Source of the DNA: Bacteroidota bacterium
GTDB lineage: Bacteria > Bacteroidota > Bacteroidia > Bacteroidales > CAIXZF01
DNA: 64,000 nucleotides
NCBI GenBank assembly: GCA_022709385.1
Contig: JAKLIX010000010.1
Coordinates: 89,529-153,528 of the forward strand
Direction: 5' to 3'
Under the pieces are notes generated by a model, which was not told where the DNA came from, ran no database searches, and saw only the letters and a program-made list of their open reading frames with translations. Each line of letters opens with the position of its first letter. Within the stretch, counting starts at the first letter, position 1. Positions 56,348-64,000 of this stretch are shown here, in pieces. Both the position numbers and the translations under genes were made by a program.

Positions 56348-57142
56348 ATGATGAGTAAACTATTTTTAGAATTAGGCTTCTCGGATGAAGACAAGCAGGT
56401 CAAGTATAGTCAGGAGTGTCTTTTTATATCTAAACTCTATAGTAGATTTATATCTGATGTTAAAATTGAAAATTTGCGAAAGATTGCAATTCAATTGGTG
56501 AATTCTCATGATGCAGCCTATATCATTCCAACAAACAAGTTGACAAAAGTATGTTTAGTTTATAGATATTTTGAATGGAAGAATTTTGAAAATGAATCCT
56601 TAGAAGCCAATAGGTATAAGATTTTATTGGACTTGATATTAGATACGTTACTCGAAATGGCAGGGAAATTTAATTGGCCAGTAGAGCCGTTTAAAAACGC
56701 TTATTTAGAAGTAACTAAAACAGACTTTAAGAACGAATATGTTTTATTAGCTCCTAAGTTGTCAAGTGATAGGAGATATAGCACTTCATTGGTTGTTGTC
56801 AGAGAAAAAGAATACAGTTCAATTTTCATCGAACTGATAGATAAAAAACATGAATGTGAGATAAAGAAATTTGAACTTATAAAGGTATCATTTTACGAGG
56901 ACGATTTATCTTGTGTAGTAAAAAGTCTTAAATGGATTAATAATGAGGAATTTGTTGTGTCAAATAAAGATGGTGAGATAAATTTTAAATACTCTACTCA
57001 GAATAATATCCTGGAAATGTTTTTAACGCCTCAGACACATGATGAAAAGTACTTGCAAGATGAGTTGAAACTATTGAACCCTGAAACTTCTAAAGAAGAG
57101 TATTTAGAGATAAATAACAAGAGAATTGCTGCCCTTCCCTGA
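56348..57142 (+). CDS. Candidate immunity protein for orphan tip 2 (264 aa)
   Basis: Starts 13 nt after the toxin stop. AT-rich and cytoplasmic-looking, with no motif recognised. Confidence 0.5.
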   Translation: MMSKLFLELGFSDEDKQVKYSQECLFISKLYSRFISDVKIENLRKIAIQLVNSHDAAYIIPTNKLTKVCLVYRYFEWKNFENESLEANRYKILLDLILDTLLEMAGKFNWPVEPFKNAYLEVTKTDFKNEYVLLAPKLSSDRRYSTSLVVVREKEYSSIFIELIDKKHECEIKKFELIKVSFYEDDLSCVVKSLKWINNEEFVVSNKDGEINFKYSTQNNILEMFLTPQTHDEKYLQDELKLLNPETSKEEYLEINNKRIAALP

Positions 57143-57215
57143 ATAGCGTTGGCAGTTTTTACTTACTTTTCACTTCACTTTCCTCTTCCGTTTTGTCCCT
57201 TTTACCTTTAATTCT

Positions 57216-58222
57216 GCTTCCCGGTTTCGGCGCCAATCCGAGGCCCCGCGGCCTGAGCGAAAAGTTAAATATACTGAATCTTAGTAAAAATGCGAAGCAA
57301 TTTTCGCTTAGATTCTTTATACCGATGACTCTGGGAACACTTTTATCTCATTCCTGTGTTCTTTCGGTATAATCGCTCAGGTGCGGAGTAGAAATGAAAA
57401 GGAAGACAATTGAGTGTACAGGTGAAGTTGTAAATATTTCGCAACCCCATTCGGTGTCGGTATAACAGGATGACGTACTTTTACGATGCCGCAGGCAGCA
57501 AAAGAAGGAAAGAAGTGTATACCGAAGGCATTAAAACCTCCGTCCTGGATTATGCCGGCTCCGTCGTTTACCGCGATGATGCCCCTTCTTATGCGGTGTT
57601 TGAAGAAGGAAGAATCCTGATCAATCCCGAAGAAACCAACTTTATCGAGTATCACCTGAAAGATCACCTTGGCAACGTAAGGGTGGCATACAAGGAGGAC
57701 AACGGCCTGCCGGTGGCCCTGCAAACCAACACCTACTACCCATTCGGGATGCTGATCTCCGAACTTTCCACTCCAGACCTCAACTGTCCCAATCCCCTGA
57801 AATACAACGCCAAAGAGCTGCAGCCGGACTTCGGGCTGGATTGGTATGATTACGGAGCCAGGTTCTATGACCCGCAGGTTGGGAGATGGTGGGGTGTGGA
57901 TCCGTTGGCGGAGAAAGCCCGGAGATGGTCTCCTTATCATTATTGCATGAACAACCCGATCCGGTTTATCGATCCGGACGGGATGGCTGTGTTTCACAGC
58001 AAAGCGCTGGGCTTGCACTGGGCTGACGATCTGGTGCAGGATCATTCTTACCAGGAACTTCTGCAATCAACGATGGCCAGTAATGATGAAGCTGCAGAAA
58101 AAGAATCATCTGCAGACGAGTTCTCACCGCAGGATGGCAGCCAGACCGAAATGAATGCCGGGAATGGTGGTGGGGGGGATAAGAAGAAGAAGCGTAGTTC
58201 TGCCTCATCCACTGGAGGTAAC
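57216..58222 (+). repeat. 1,007-bp direct repeat, copy B
   Basis: See 54857-55863. Confidence 0.85.
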
Positions 58223-58657
58223 GCCTCATCCACAGGTGGTAACCCCAACTCCACAGGGGGTAATGTTCAGCATGCAGGAGTTGAAGGAGGAGAACATTAT
58301 ATTGGACCCGCTCTTATCCTACTTGGTCAACCTTTAAAGGTCTTAAAACCCGTTGGCGCTTTGGGTTCGAAACCAGGCTCTTCGATTGCTTCATACACCC
58401 TTTCAAAAGTTTTTCCTCAAACTTTCATAAAAGTTCTTGGGAAGGAGACGGGAACAAAAATAGCCACATCACTAGGCACAAATGTTATTGGTCGTGCAGC
58501 AGGTAGATTTGTACCTTATGTTGGCTGGGCTTGGACTGCTTGGGATATTGGGTGGACTTTAGGTGAGAATTATGGCCCGAGCAAATGGTTTACACCCGAG
58601 CCTCCTAAATCTATACTTTTAGAATACATGCGTGAACATGGTATGCTTGATGAATAA
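57470..58657 (+). CDS. Orphan Rhs tip 3: core remnant, shared linker with extra STGGN repeats, and an unassigned Gly/Trp-rich tip
   Basis: Identical to orphan 2 up to ...SSASSTGGN. It then reads ASSTGGNPNSTGGNVQHAGVEGGEHYIGPALILLGQPLKVL...GRFVPYVGWAWTAWDIGWTLGENYGPSKWF. Confidence 0.65.
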   Translation: MTYFYDAAGSKRRKEVYTEGIKTSVLDYAGSVVYRDDAPSYAVFEEGRILINPEETNFIEYHLKDHLGNVRVAYKEDNGLPVALQTNTYYPFGMLISELSTPDLNCPNPLKYNAKELQPDFGLDWYDYGARFYDPQVGRWWGVDPLAEKARRWSPYHYCMNNPIRFIDPDGMAVFHSKALGLHWADDLVQDHSYQELLQSTMASNDEAAEKESSADEFSPQDGSQTEMNAGNGGGGDKKKKRSSASSTGGNASSTGGNPNSTGGNVQHAGVEGGEHYIGPALILLGQPLKVLKPVGALGSKPGSSIASYTLSKVFPQTFIKVLGKETGTKIATSLGTNVIGRAAGRFVPYVGWAWTAWDIGWTLGENYGPSKWFTPEPPKSILLEYMREHGMLDE

Positions 58658-58988
58658 TTTTAATGATATGACAGATAGTAATTTTGACAATATTAAATCC
58701 TTTGTTGAAGAAATAAGGTGGAAGTATCCTTTTGAACTTCAACGTGAAACGAGAGTTGAACAAGATCTTGGATTAACAGGGGATGAGGCGTATGAATTTA
58801 TGGAAACCTTCAGCAAAAGGTTTAGCATTGATATTACAAATTTTGAGTTTTCAAATTACTTTGAGCCAGAAGGTGACAAGATATTACCTGCGATAATACG
58901 CCTTTTCACAGGAAAGAAGAAAGAGAAAAAAAAGGTTTTAACTCTTGGAGATTTGGAAAAGGCTATAGAATCAAAAATACTCTCATAG
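58650..58988 (+). CDS. Candidate immunity protein for orphan tip 3, DUF1493-like (acyl-carrier-protein-like fold)
   Basis: The ATG at 58650 overlaps the toxin stop (ATGAATAA). VEQDLGLTGDEAYEFMETFSKRFSIDITNFEFSNYFEPE ... LTLGDLEKAI matches my memory of DUF1493. Confidence 0.55.
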   Translation: MNNFNDMTDSNFDNIKSFVEEIRWKYPFELQRETRVEQDLGLTGDEAYEFMETFSKRFSIDITNFEFSNYFEPEGDKILPAIIRLFTGKKKEKKKVLTLGDLEKAIESKILS

Positions 58989-59365
58989 TTCTAAACCAAT
59001 AGTAAGGAAGCCATGCAACGCTGGGCTTCTTGCTTTTATCCGAACCTCTTCATGACAAGGACAGTAGAATATTAAGATAAGAACCGAATGCAGTGGGCTT
59101 TGCGCAGGTATATTTTCAGCGGTTGGGGTAGCAGTACCCCCGTCCATTCAAGGGTAGTCTCAGCTATCAAGGCGACTGCCAAGGCACTGCCAGCGTAGTG
59201 CCAAAGAGAAAATCTATACCCGTAACTATCATTATTTGAATTACTTACAAAATGCAGGTGTTTAAGTTCAGTTAAACTTCTTTTTGGTAAGGAAAATATA
59301 CATAAGCCTTCGGCCTAATGCATATTACCCGTGATGATCTGCCGATGTAGGTTTGCGGGTTGAAA

Positions 59366-59600
59366 TAAGCTTATCCGGCCGGAGGTTACTCCACTCTCAT
59401 TCTCATTCTCATTCTCATTCCCATTCTCGCTCTCACTCCCACGCTCGCGCTGTTCCAGGCCTAGCGGCCTGAGCGAAAAGGTAAATTAACAGGGTTGGCG
59501 ATCAGGTGTGGCAATCCGAAGGCCATTTTCAGTTTGCTGATGTGAAAATGTGTTCATGTGTTGATTTGCTGATGATAGTGTGCTGGTTTATCGTTTGGGA
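59366..59600 (+). repeat. Right flanking copy of the composite repeat that brackets the toxin island
   Basis: Direct-orientation match to 41981-42200, with a longer (CTCATT)n run. Confidence 0.65.
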
Positions 59601-59950
59601 ATTGATTCTGGAATCGCGGTTTTAACCTGGCAGTTTCAACCTGACCAATAATAAATCGGGAAAATAATTCAATTGGCAGGAAAGAAACGATTCCAGGATT
59701 GGCAGAGAAACCTAGGGGAGCGGACTGAGGTTGTGAGCCACAGGCGAACGACCGAGGGAGCTTCCCAGTTTCGGCGCCAATCCGAGGCCTAGCGGCCTGA
59801 GCGGAAAGGTAAATTAACAGGGTTCCGTTGGCGATCAGGTGTGGCAATCCGAAGGCCATTTTCAGTTTGCTGATGTGAAAATGTGTTCATGTGTTGGTTT
59901 GCTGATGATAGTGTGCTGGTTTATCGTTTGGGAATTGATTCTGGAATCGT
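59458..59950 (+). repeat. About 1.5 tandem copies of a 328-bp unit
   Basis: ggcctagcggcctgagcg starts at 59458 and again at 59786. The unit re-uses modules also present at 54640-54900. Confidence 0.7.
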
Positions 59951-60182
59951 AGTTTTGACTTGGTGGCAGGTTCAGCCGGCAATAATACTTTAAAATTGCC
60001 GTCAGCTTCAGCTGACGGACCAGGGAGCAGGCGGATTTCCGGGCTTTAGCCCAAAAAAACACTGTGTCCGGAATCTCCCATGCAAGATCAGCAAAGACCT
60101 CATATTGGATCGTCTGTGTTCCAGTGCAAGAGTGCGTACTTAGGAAATATCAGCGCGCGTGCTATAGATGGAAAGTCTTCTT

Positions 60183-60190
60183 TAATTTTG
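60183..60190 (+). promoter_or_regulatory. -7 box TAATTTTG
   Basis: Lies 19 nt upstream of the ATG at 60210. Confidence 0.4.
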
Positions 60191-60209
60191 TGCCAAGTCC
60201 ATTCATACC

Positions 60210-60596
60210 ATGGAAGACACACACCGTATCGACAAATGGCTCTGGTGCGTCAGGTTGTTCAAAACCCGCACACAGGCTGTAGATGCCTGCAGGGGCGGCA
60301 AGGTGAAGGTAAACCAGCAATCGGTAAAACCTTCACGGGAGATCCATCCCGGAGATGTGCTGATTGTGAATACCGGCCTGCTGACCCGTACCATCAGGGT
60401 TGTGGCCCTGCTTCCTGCCAGGGTGTCGGCCAGGCTGGTGTCAGGATACATGGAAGACCTGACTCCGGCTGCGGAATATGAGAAGCTTCAGATGATGAGG
60501 GAATTGAACCATGAAAAGTGGGACAGGGGAGTTGGGCGGCCCACCAAGAAAGACCGGAGACGCATCGTGAAACTAAAAAACAAAACGAATGAGTGA
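60210..60596 (+). CDS. S4-domain RNA-binding protein (Hsp15/HslR-like)
   Basis: RIDKWLWCVRLFKTRTQAVDACRGGKVKVNQQSVKPSREI is an S4 alpha-L motif, followed by a basic tail. Confidence 0.8.
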   Translation: MEDTHRIDKWLWCVRLFKTRTQAVDACRGGKVKVNQQSVKPSREIHPGDVLIVNTGLLTRTIRVVALLPARVSARLVSGYMEDLTPAAEYEKLQMMRELNHEKWDRGVGRPTKKDRRRIVKLKNKTNE

Positions 60597-61506
60597 ACAG
60601 CAGGAAATCTTCCACTGCCTGAATTGCGGAGGGCAGATGGATACCCAAATGAAGTATTGCCCCTTTTGCGGACAGAAAGTGCTTCAGCCCCGGGACTTCA
60701 GTTTCGGGAAGTTCTTCTGGCATGCCTTGGGGGATTATTTCCACGTGGACGGGAAATTCTTTTCCAGTTTCAAGGCCCTGATGTTCAAACCGGGATTGAT
60801 GACGGCTGAATACCTGGCAGGGAAAAGACTGAAATACCTCCATCCATTCAGGTTTTTCCTCTTTGTCAGCATTGCGTATTTTCTTCTGATCGCTGCCGGA
60901 GGAAACAAGCACGGGACCCTCCAAACCACATCAGGTTCTGCGGATACTACTGATCATCTAAACCTTACGCTGACCTTCGGCGACCGCCACCTTCCGCTCG
61001 ATTCAGTCCGCAAGGCAGTGGAAACACAGGGAATAGATACCGTGGTATCAAGACTATATCAAAATCCAAATTGGTTTCAAAGACTCTTTGCCAGAAAGGT
61101 CGTCGAGTCTTCCCTGTCAGGGCCGGATCATTTCCTTAGTAAACTGCTGCATCATGCTTCCAAAGTCATCTTTGTCCTCATTCCCTTCATTGCACTCCTG
61201 CTTAAATTGTTGTATATCAGAAGGAAAAGACTGTATTACGATCACCTGGTGTTTTCCATTCATTTTCATACCCTGCTGTTCATTCTCCTGATCATTGTTC
61301 AGCTTACGGGAATGTTCCTGTTTCAGCTACCCCTGTGGATCATCCTGCTGCTGACCTTGAGCTATCTGCTGATCACCATCCAGAAAGTATACAGGCAGTC
61401 CTGGCTCAGGACATCCCTGAAAATGATTGTTCTGGTACTGATGTACCTCGTCATCGCCATTCCGCTCTTTGCGATGCTGCTGCTGTTTACAGCCGTTTTA
61501 ATCTGA
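60589..61506 (+). CDS. DUF3667-like membrane protein with N-terminal zinc ribbon
   Basis: CLNCGGQMDTQMKYCPFCGQK followed by several TM helices. It overlaps the upstream gene by 8 nt. Confidence 0.65.
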   Translation: MSEQQEIFHCLNCGGQMDTQMKYCPFCGQKVLQPRDFSFGKFFWHALGDYFHVDGKFFSSFKALMFKPGLMTAEYLAGKRLKYLHPFRFFLFVSIAYFLLIAAGGNKHGTLQTTSGSADTTDHLNLTLTFGDRHLPLDSVRKAVETQGIDTVVSRLYQNPNWFQRLFARKVVESSLSGPDHFLSKLLHHASKVIFVLIPFIALLLKLLYIRRKRLYYDHLVFSIHFHTLLFILLIIVQLTGMFLFQLPLWIILLLTLSYLLITIQKVYRQSWLRTSLKMIVLVLMYLVIAIPLFAMLLLFTAVLI

Positions 61507-62064
61507 TCCTGCAGGCTGCACGGGACGTTTGATAATCAGGCCGGTGATCAGGCCGAGCACTGCCCAGAGAAGGATATTGTGCAAGGCCAGGATCAGGGCA
61601 TCATGCAGGGGATAGTTGCCGATACCATAGTTTCTGAGGTCATGGGAAACAGCAAATATTAACCCTATCAAGATAAAAAAAAGTACTTTCCGGTAATAGC
61701 TGGAAATGATCTTGTCCGATGTCAGAGATAGGAGGAATGCTGCTATCGTTACCGTGATTATTGCAAGCAGAAAGTCCAGAACAACGGACAGGGGACCTGC
61801 CGCTTCATGGCCCACGCCGCCGTATAGGATACCGTAAACCGGCTCGTTCAGGGGAAACATACCTGATTCGGTCAGACCGGGATTACAAAGGTATTTTCCG
61901 GGTTCGGCAATGTGCTGTTTCAGCACCTGATAAACCACGGCCTCATTTGGAACCTTTTTCATGTCAATGCTTTGCCGGAAGCCGAAAATTCCGTTGACCA
62001 GAAAAGCCCAGACCATTAGGGTTAAGCCTCCGGCTATCCCTGCGATGATTACTTTTTTAAGCAT
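61498..62064 (-). CDS. Hypothetical membrane protein (188 aa, 4 TM)
   Basis: Hydrophobicity pattern only. Confidence 0.45.
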   Translation of the reverse strand: MLKKVIIAGIAGGLTLMVWAFLVNGIFGFRQSIDMKKVPNEAVVYQVLKQHIAEPGKYLCNPGLTESGMFPLNEPVYGILYGGVGHEAAGPLSVVLDFLLAIITVTIAAFLLSLTSDKIISSYYRKVLFFILIGLIFAVSHDLRNYGIGNYPLHDALILALHNILLWAVLGLITGLIIKRPVQPAGSD

Positions 62065-62158
62065 AGAAATTGTTTAATTGGTTAAGAAAAATTAAAGAAT
62101 CACTGTATTGGATAAATCCAGTACACTATTTTTTATTCCGATTTGAATGAGACCCCGA

Positions 62159-64000
62159 TCAGTCTTTAATCATTTTCACGGCCTTTACTCCTCCGCTCTG
62201 TTTTCCTTCAAATTCAAGAAGTATCAGATATATCCCGGGACTGAACCTGGCAGCATCCACGACAAGCTGATGCCAGCCGGCCGGCATCTGTTCCTGCACG
62301 AGGTATCTCAGCGTCTGTCCGTTGCCTGACTTCAGGCTGAGTTTTACCAGGCCTCCTTCCGGCAGGCAGAAGCTGACCAGGCTTGTTGTGCTGACCGGAT
62401 TCGGCCGGTTTTGTTCGAGGATAAGCCCGGGGGCAGTGGCTTTGACAGCCGGTATGTTCATTACAAGAGGCGTAATGGACTGGCCTGCAGCATCGGCTAT
62501 CGAAGCGTTTTCATGCAATTCCCAGGGATCATCACCCCGTGGAATTCCTTCCAGCCTTAACCACAGCAGGGCGGTACCCTGATTCACCTGCAGGGGGTTC
62601 AGGCTGTACCACGCGATCCGCAGGCGATTGCCTCTCAGGTTCCAGATCACGGCTTCGGTTTCATCCCTGAATGAATGGGAGCGGGCAGTCCGCACACCCC
62701 TGACCATGAGGCCTTCCGGAACCTGTAAATCAAGGGATATGGCCCCGGCCTGAAGATCCCTGTCTGCGTACAAAGGCAGTTCAAAGGGATCACTGCCTGC
62801 AGCTGCGAAAAGACCTCCGGTTTGCAGTTCAATTTCCCGTGAAAGCTTTGCAGCCGGCACATAGGAACCGTTGACATCGCCGAATACGATCCCTTCCAGG
62901 TTTTCAGTGATGCTTCCGCTGCCGGAGGCATTCACCGTTTTCACATCCGAGAGCCAGTCGCCTGCCGGGAAAGTGGAAATGATCTCGGCATACCTGCGGG
63001 CGATCAGCAGCGCATCGATGGCATTGATGTTAGCGGTGGCATTGACATCGGCAGCCTCCAGGCGGAGTCCGTTCAGGAAGATGATGGAAGCGAAATGCTG
63101 CAGGACAAGCATGGCATCCGTGGCATTCACCCCTCCCCAGGGTTTGGATGAAGTGGCAGAAAGGGAATAATTCCCGGCCGGGATGCCCTGGATGACGAAG
63201 TCACCGTTTGCACCGGTGGTGGCGGAAGCGATCAGCTCACTACCCTGTTTCAGCATCACGGTGGCATCGTTCAGCGGGCTCATCAGGGCGTTGTCGTATG
63301 TGAAGTTTCCTTCTACCTGGGTTCCGGGAGGCAAACCCACGTAAATGGTGACCTGGTCACTGCCCTGGCAGCCGTAAGCATCTGTGACGTAAAGCGTGAA
63401 GACAGTGGTTTCATTGACATAGGCCGTGGCATTGGGGATGTAAGGGTTGTTCAGATGATACCAGGGGTTCCAGTAATATGTGTAAGGTTCTGTGCCTCCC
63501 GTCACCACCGGGGCCATGATGGCAGAGTCGTTGAAAGGGATGTTCTGGTCCGGACCTGCATCCACCACGGGCAGTGGCCTGATATTGACATAGATGGATG
63601 AAGAACTTCCTGTTCCGCAGGCATTGAGCGGCGTAACGGTAATTGTGCCGGATTGCGTCACATTGCTGAAATCGAGCAGGATACCGTTCTGGTTGGCGTT
63701 GCTGTTGAGTACGGCTCCGTCGGGATAGGTCCATTGATATACCGTTGCGTACAGCACCGGGTTGATCCAGTACCAGCTGTTTCCCGATCCCATACAGAGG
63801 TTATCGCTTCCGGAAATGGTACCGGCGGCCTGGGGCAGGGGATAGACTTCATATTCAATGGGAATACCGGTGTATAGCCCTGTGTAGTACACATCCTGTA
63901 CCTGCAGGATACGCGCGGTATGGGTCCCGTGCCAGGTGGGGGCCACATCGAAGAGGTAAGGACTGTTCATGATCCCCTGAGCGGTAATGGTGTCTTCCCC
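62159..64000 (-). CDS. Large secreted protein with dockerin-like and cohesin-like modules and a T9SS C-terminal sorting domain; N-terminus is outside the window
   Basis: The frame stays open from 63970 to base 64000. It contains DVNATANINAIDALLIARRY and GVNATDAMLVLQHF (dockerin-like). The C-terminus NRPNPVSTTSLVSFCLPEGGLVKLSL...SPGIYLILLEFEGKQSGGVKAVKMIKD fits a T9SS CTD. Confidence 0.65.
   Translation of the reverse strand, partial: GEDTITAQGIMNSPYLFDVAPTWHGTHTARILQVQDVYYTGLYTGIPIEYEVYPLPQAAGTISGSDNLCMGSGNSWYWINPVLYATVYQWTYPDGAVLNSNANQNGILLDFSNVTQSGTITVTPLNACGTGSSSSIYVNIRPLPVVDAGPDQNIPFNDSAIMAPVVTGGTEPYTYYWNPWYHLNNPYIPNATAYVNETTVFTLYVTDAYGCQGSDQVTIYVGLPPGTQVEGNFTYDNALMSPLNDATVMLKQGSELIASATTGANGDFVIQGIPAGNYSLSATSSKPWGGVNATDAMLVLQHFASIIFLNGLRLEAADVNATANINAIDALLIARRYAEIISTFPAGDWLSDVKTVNASGSGSITENLEGIVFGDVNGSYVPAAKLSREIELQTGGLFAAAGSDPFELPLYADRDLQAGAISLDLQVPEGLMVRGVRTARSHSFRDETEAVIWNLRGNRLRIAWYSLNPLQVNQGTALLWLRLEGIPRGDDPWELHENASIADAAGQSITPLVMNIPAVKATAPGLILEQNRPNPVSTTSLVSFCLPEGGLVKLSLKSGNGQTLRYLVQEQMPAGWHQLVVDAARFSPGIYLILLEFEGKQSGGVKAVKMIKD

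Noticed and set aside
59366-60060. Repetitive tract considered as a CRISPR array
   Set aside because: The period is 328 bp and the modules are shared with other intergenic sites. There are no short (24-48 bp) repeats alternating with unique spacers and no cas genes.
60080-60481. 133-aa ORF overlapping the S4-domain gene, and the 176-aa minus-strand ORF 60394-60924
   Set aside because: They are alternative or antisense frames of genes with clear motifs: the S4 alpha-L motif and the DUF3667 zinc ribbon with TM helices.

Overview
The window looks like a Bacteroidota chromosome segment. It has T9SS C-terminal sorting domains, many lipoprotein signal peptides and recurrent TAnnTTTG -7 promoter boxes. 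No rRNA, tRNA or CRISPR array was found. Bases 1-41.6 kb and 60.2-64 kb are mostly ordinary genes: a glycogen operon (debranching enzyme, GT4 synthase, GH57) linked to a GH3/beta-lactamase-fold fusion; sucD; an arsR-arsM cluster; mnmE; a decaheme cytochrome plus rhodanese pair with a divergent Crp/Fnr regulator; an S9 peptidase; rarA; uvrB; mutL with two rhomboids; der and era. Two parts stand out. (1) At 41.9-60.1 kb there is a visibly AT-richer island bracketed by about 220-bp direct repeats. It carries a co-oriented trio: a 1223-aa secreted protein with an SpvB/TcB-N-terminal-like motif, a T9SS-sorted beta-propeller-like protein, and a DUF6443-like Rhs/YD toxin. These are followed by an immunity-like ORF and three 5'-truncated orphan Rhs tips, each with a different C-terminal domain and its own downstream immunity-like ORF. 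One orphan ends in a terminal Hint (intein-fold) domain. Two orphans sit in a 1,007-bp near-identical repeat. All three orphans share a linker that the expressed gene lacks. (2) At 20.7-22.3 kb a Fic-gene islet is flanked by 18-bp direct repeats of the mnmE 3' end, which looks like a site-specific integration scar. Several families of hairpin-forming intergenic repeats recur at the cassette junctions. All functional calls come from motif reading by eye; no searches were run.
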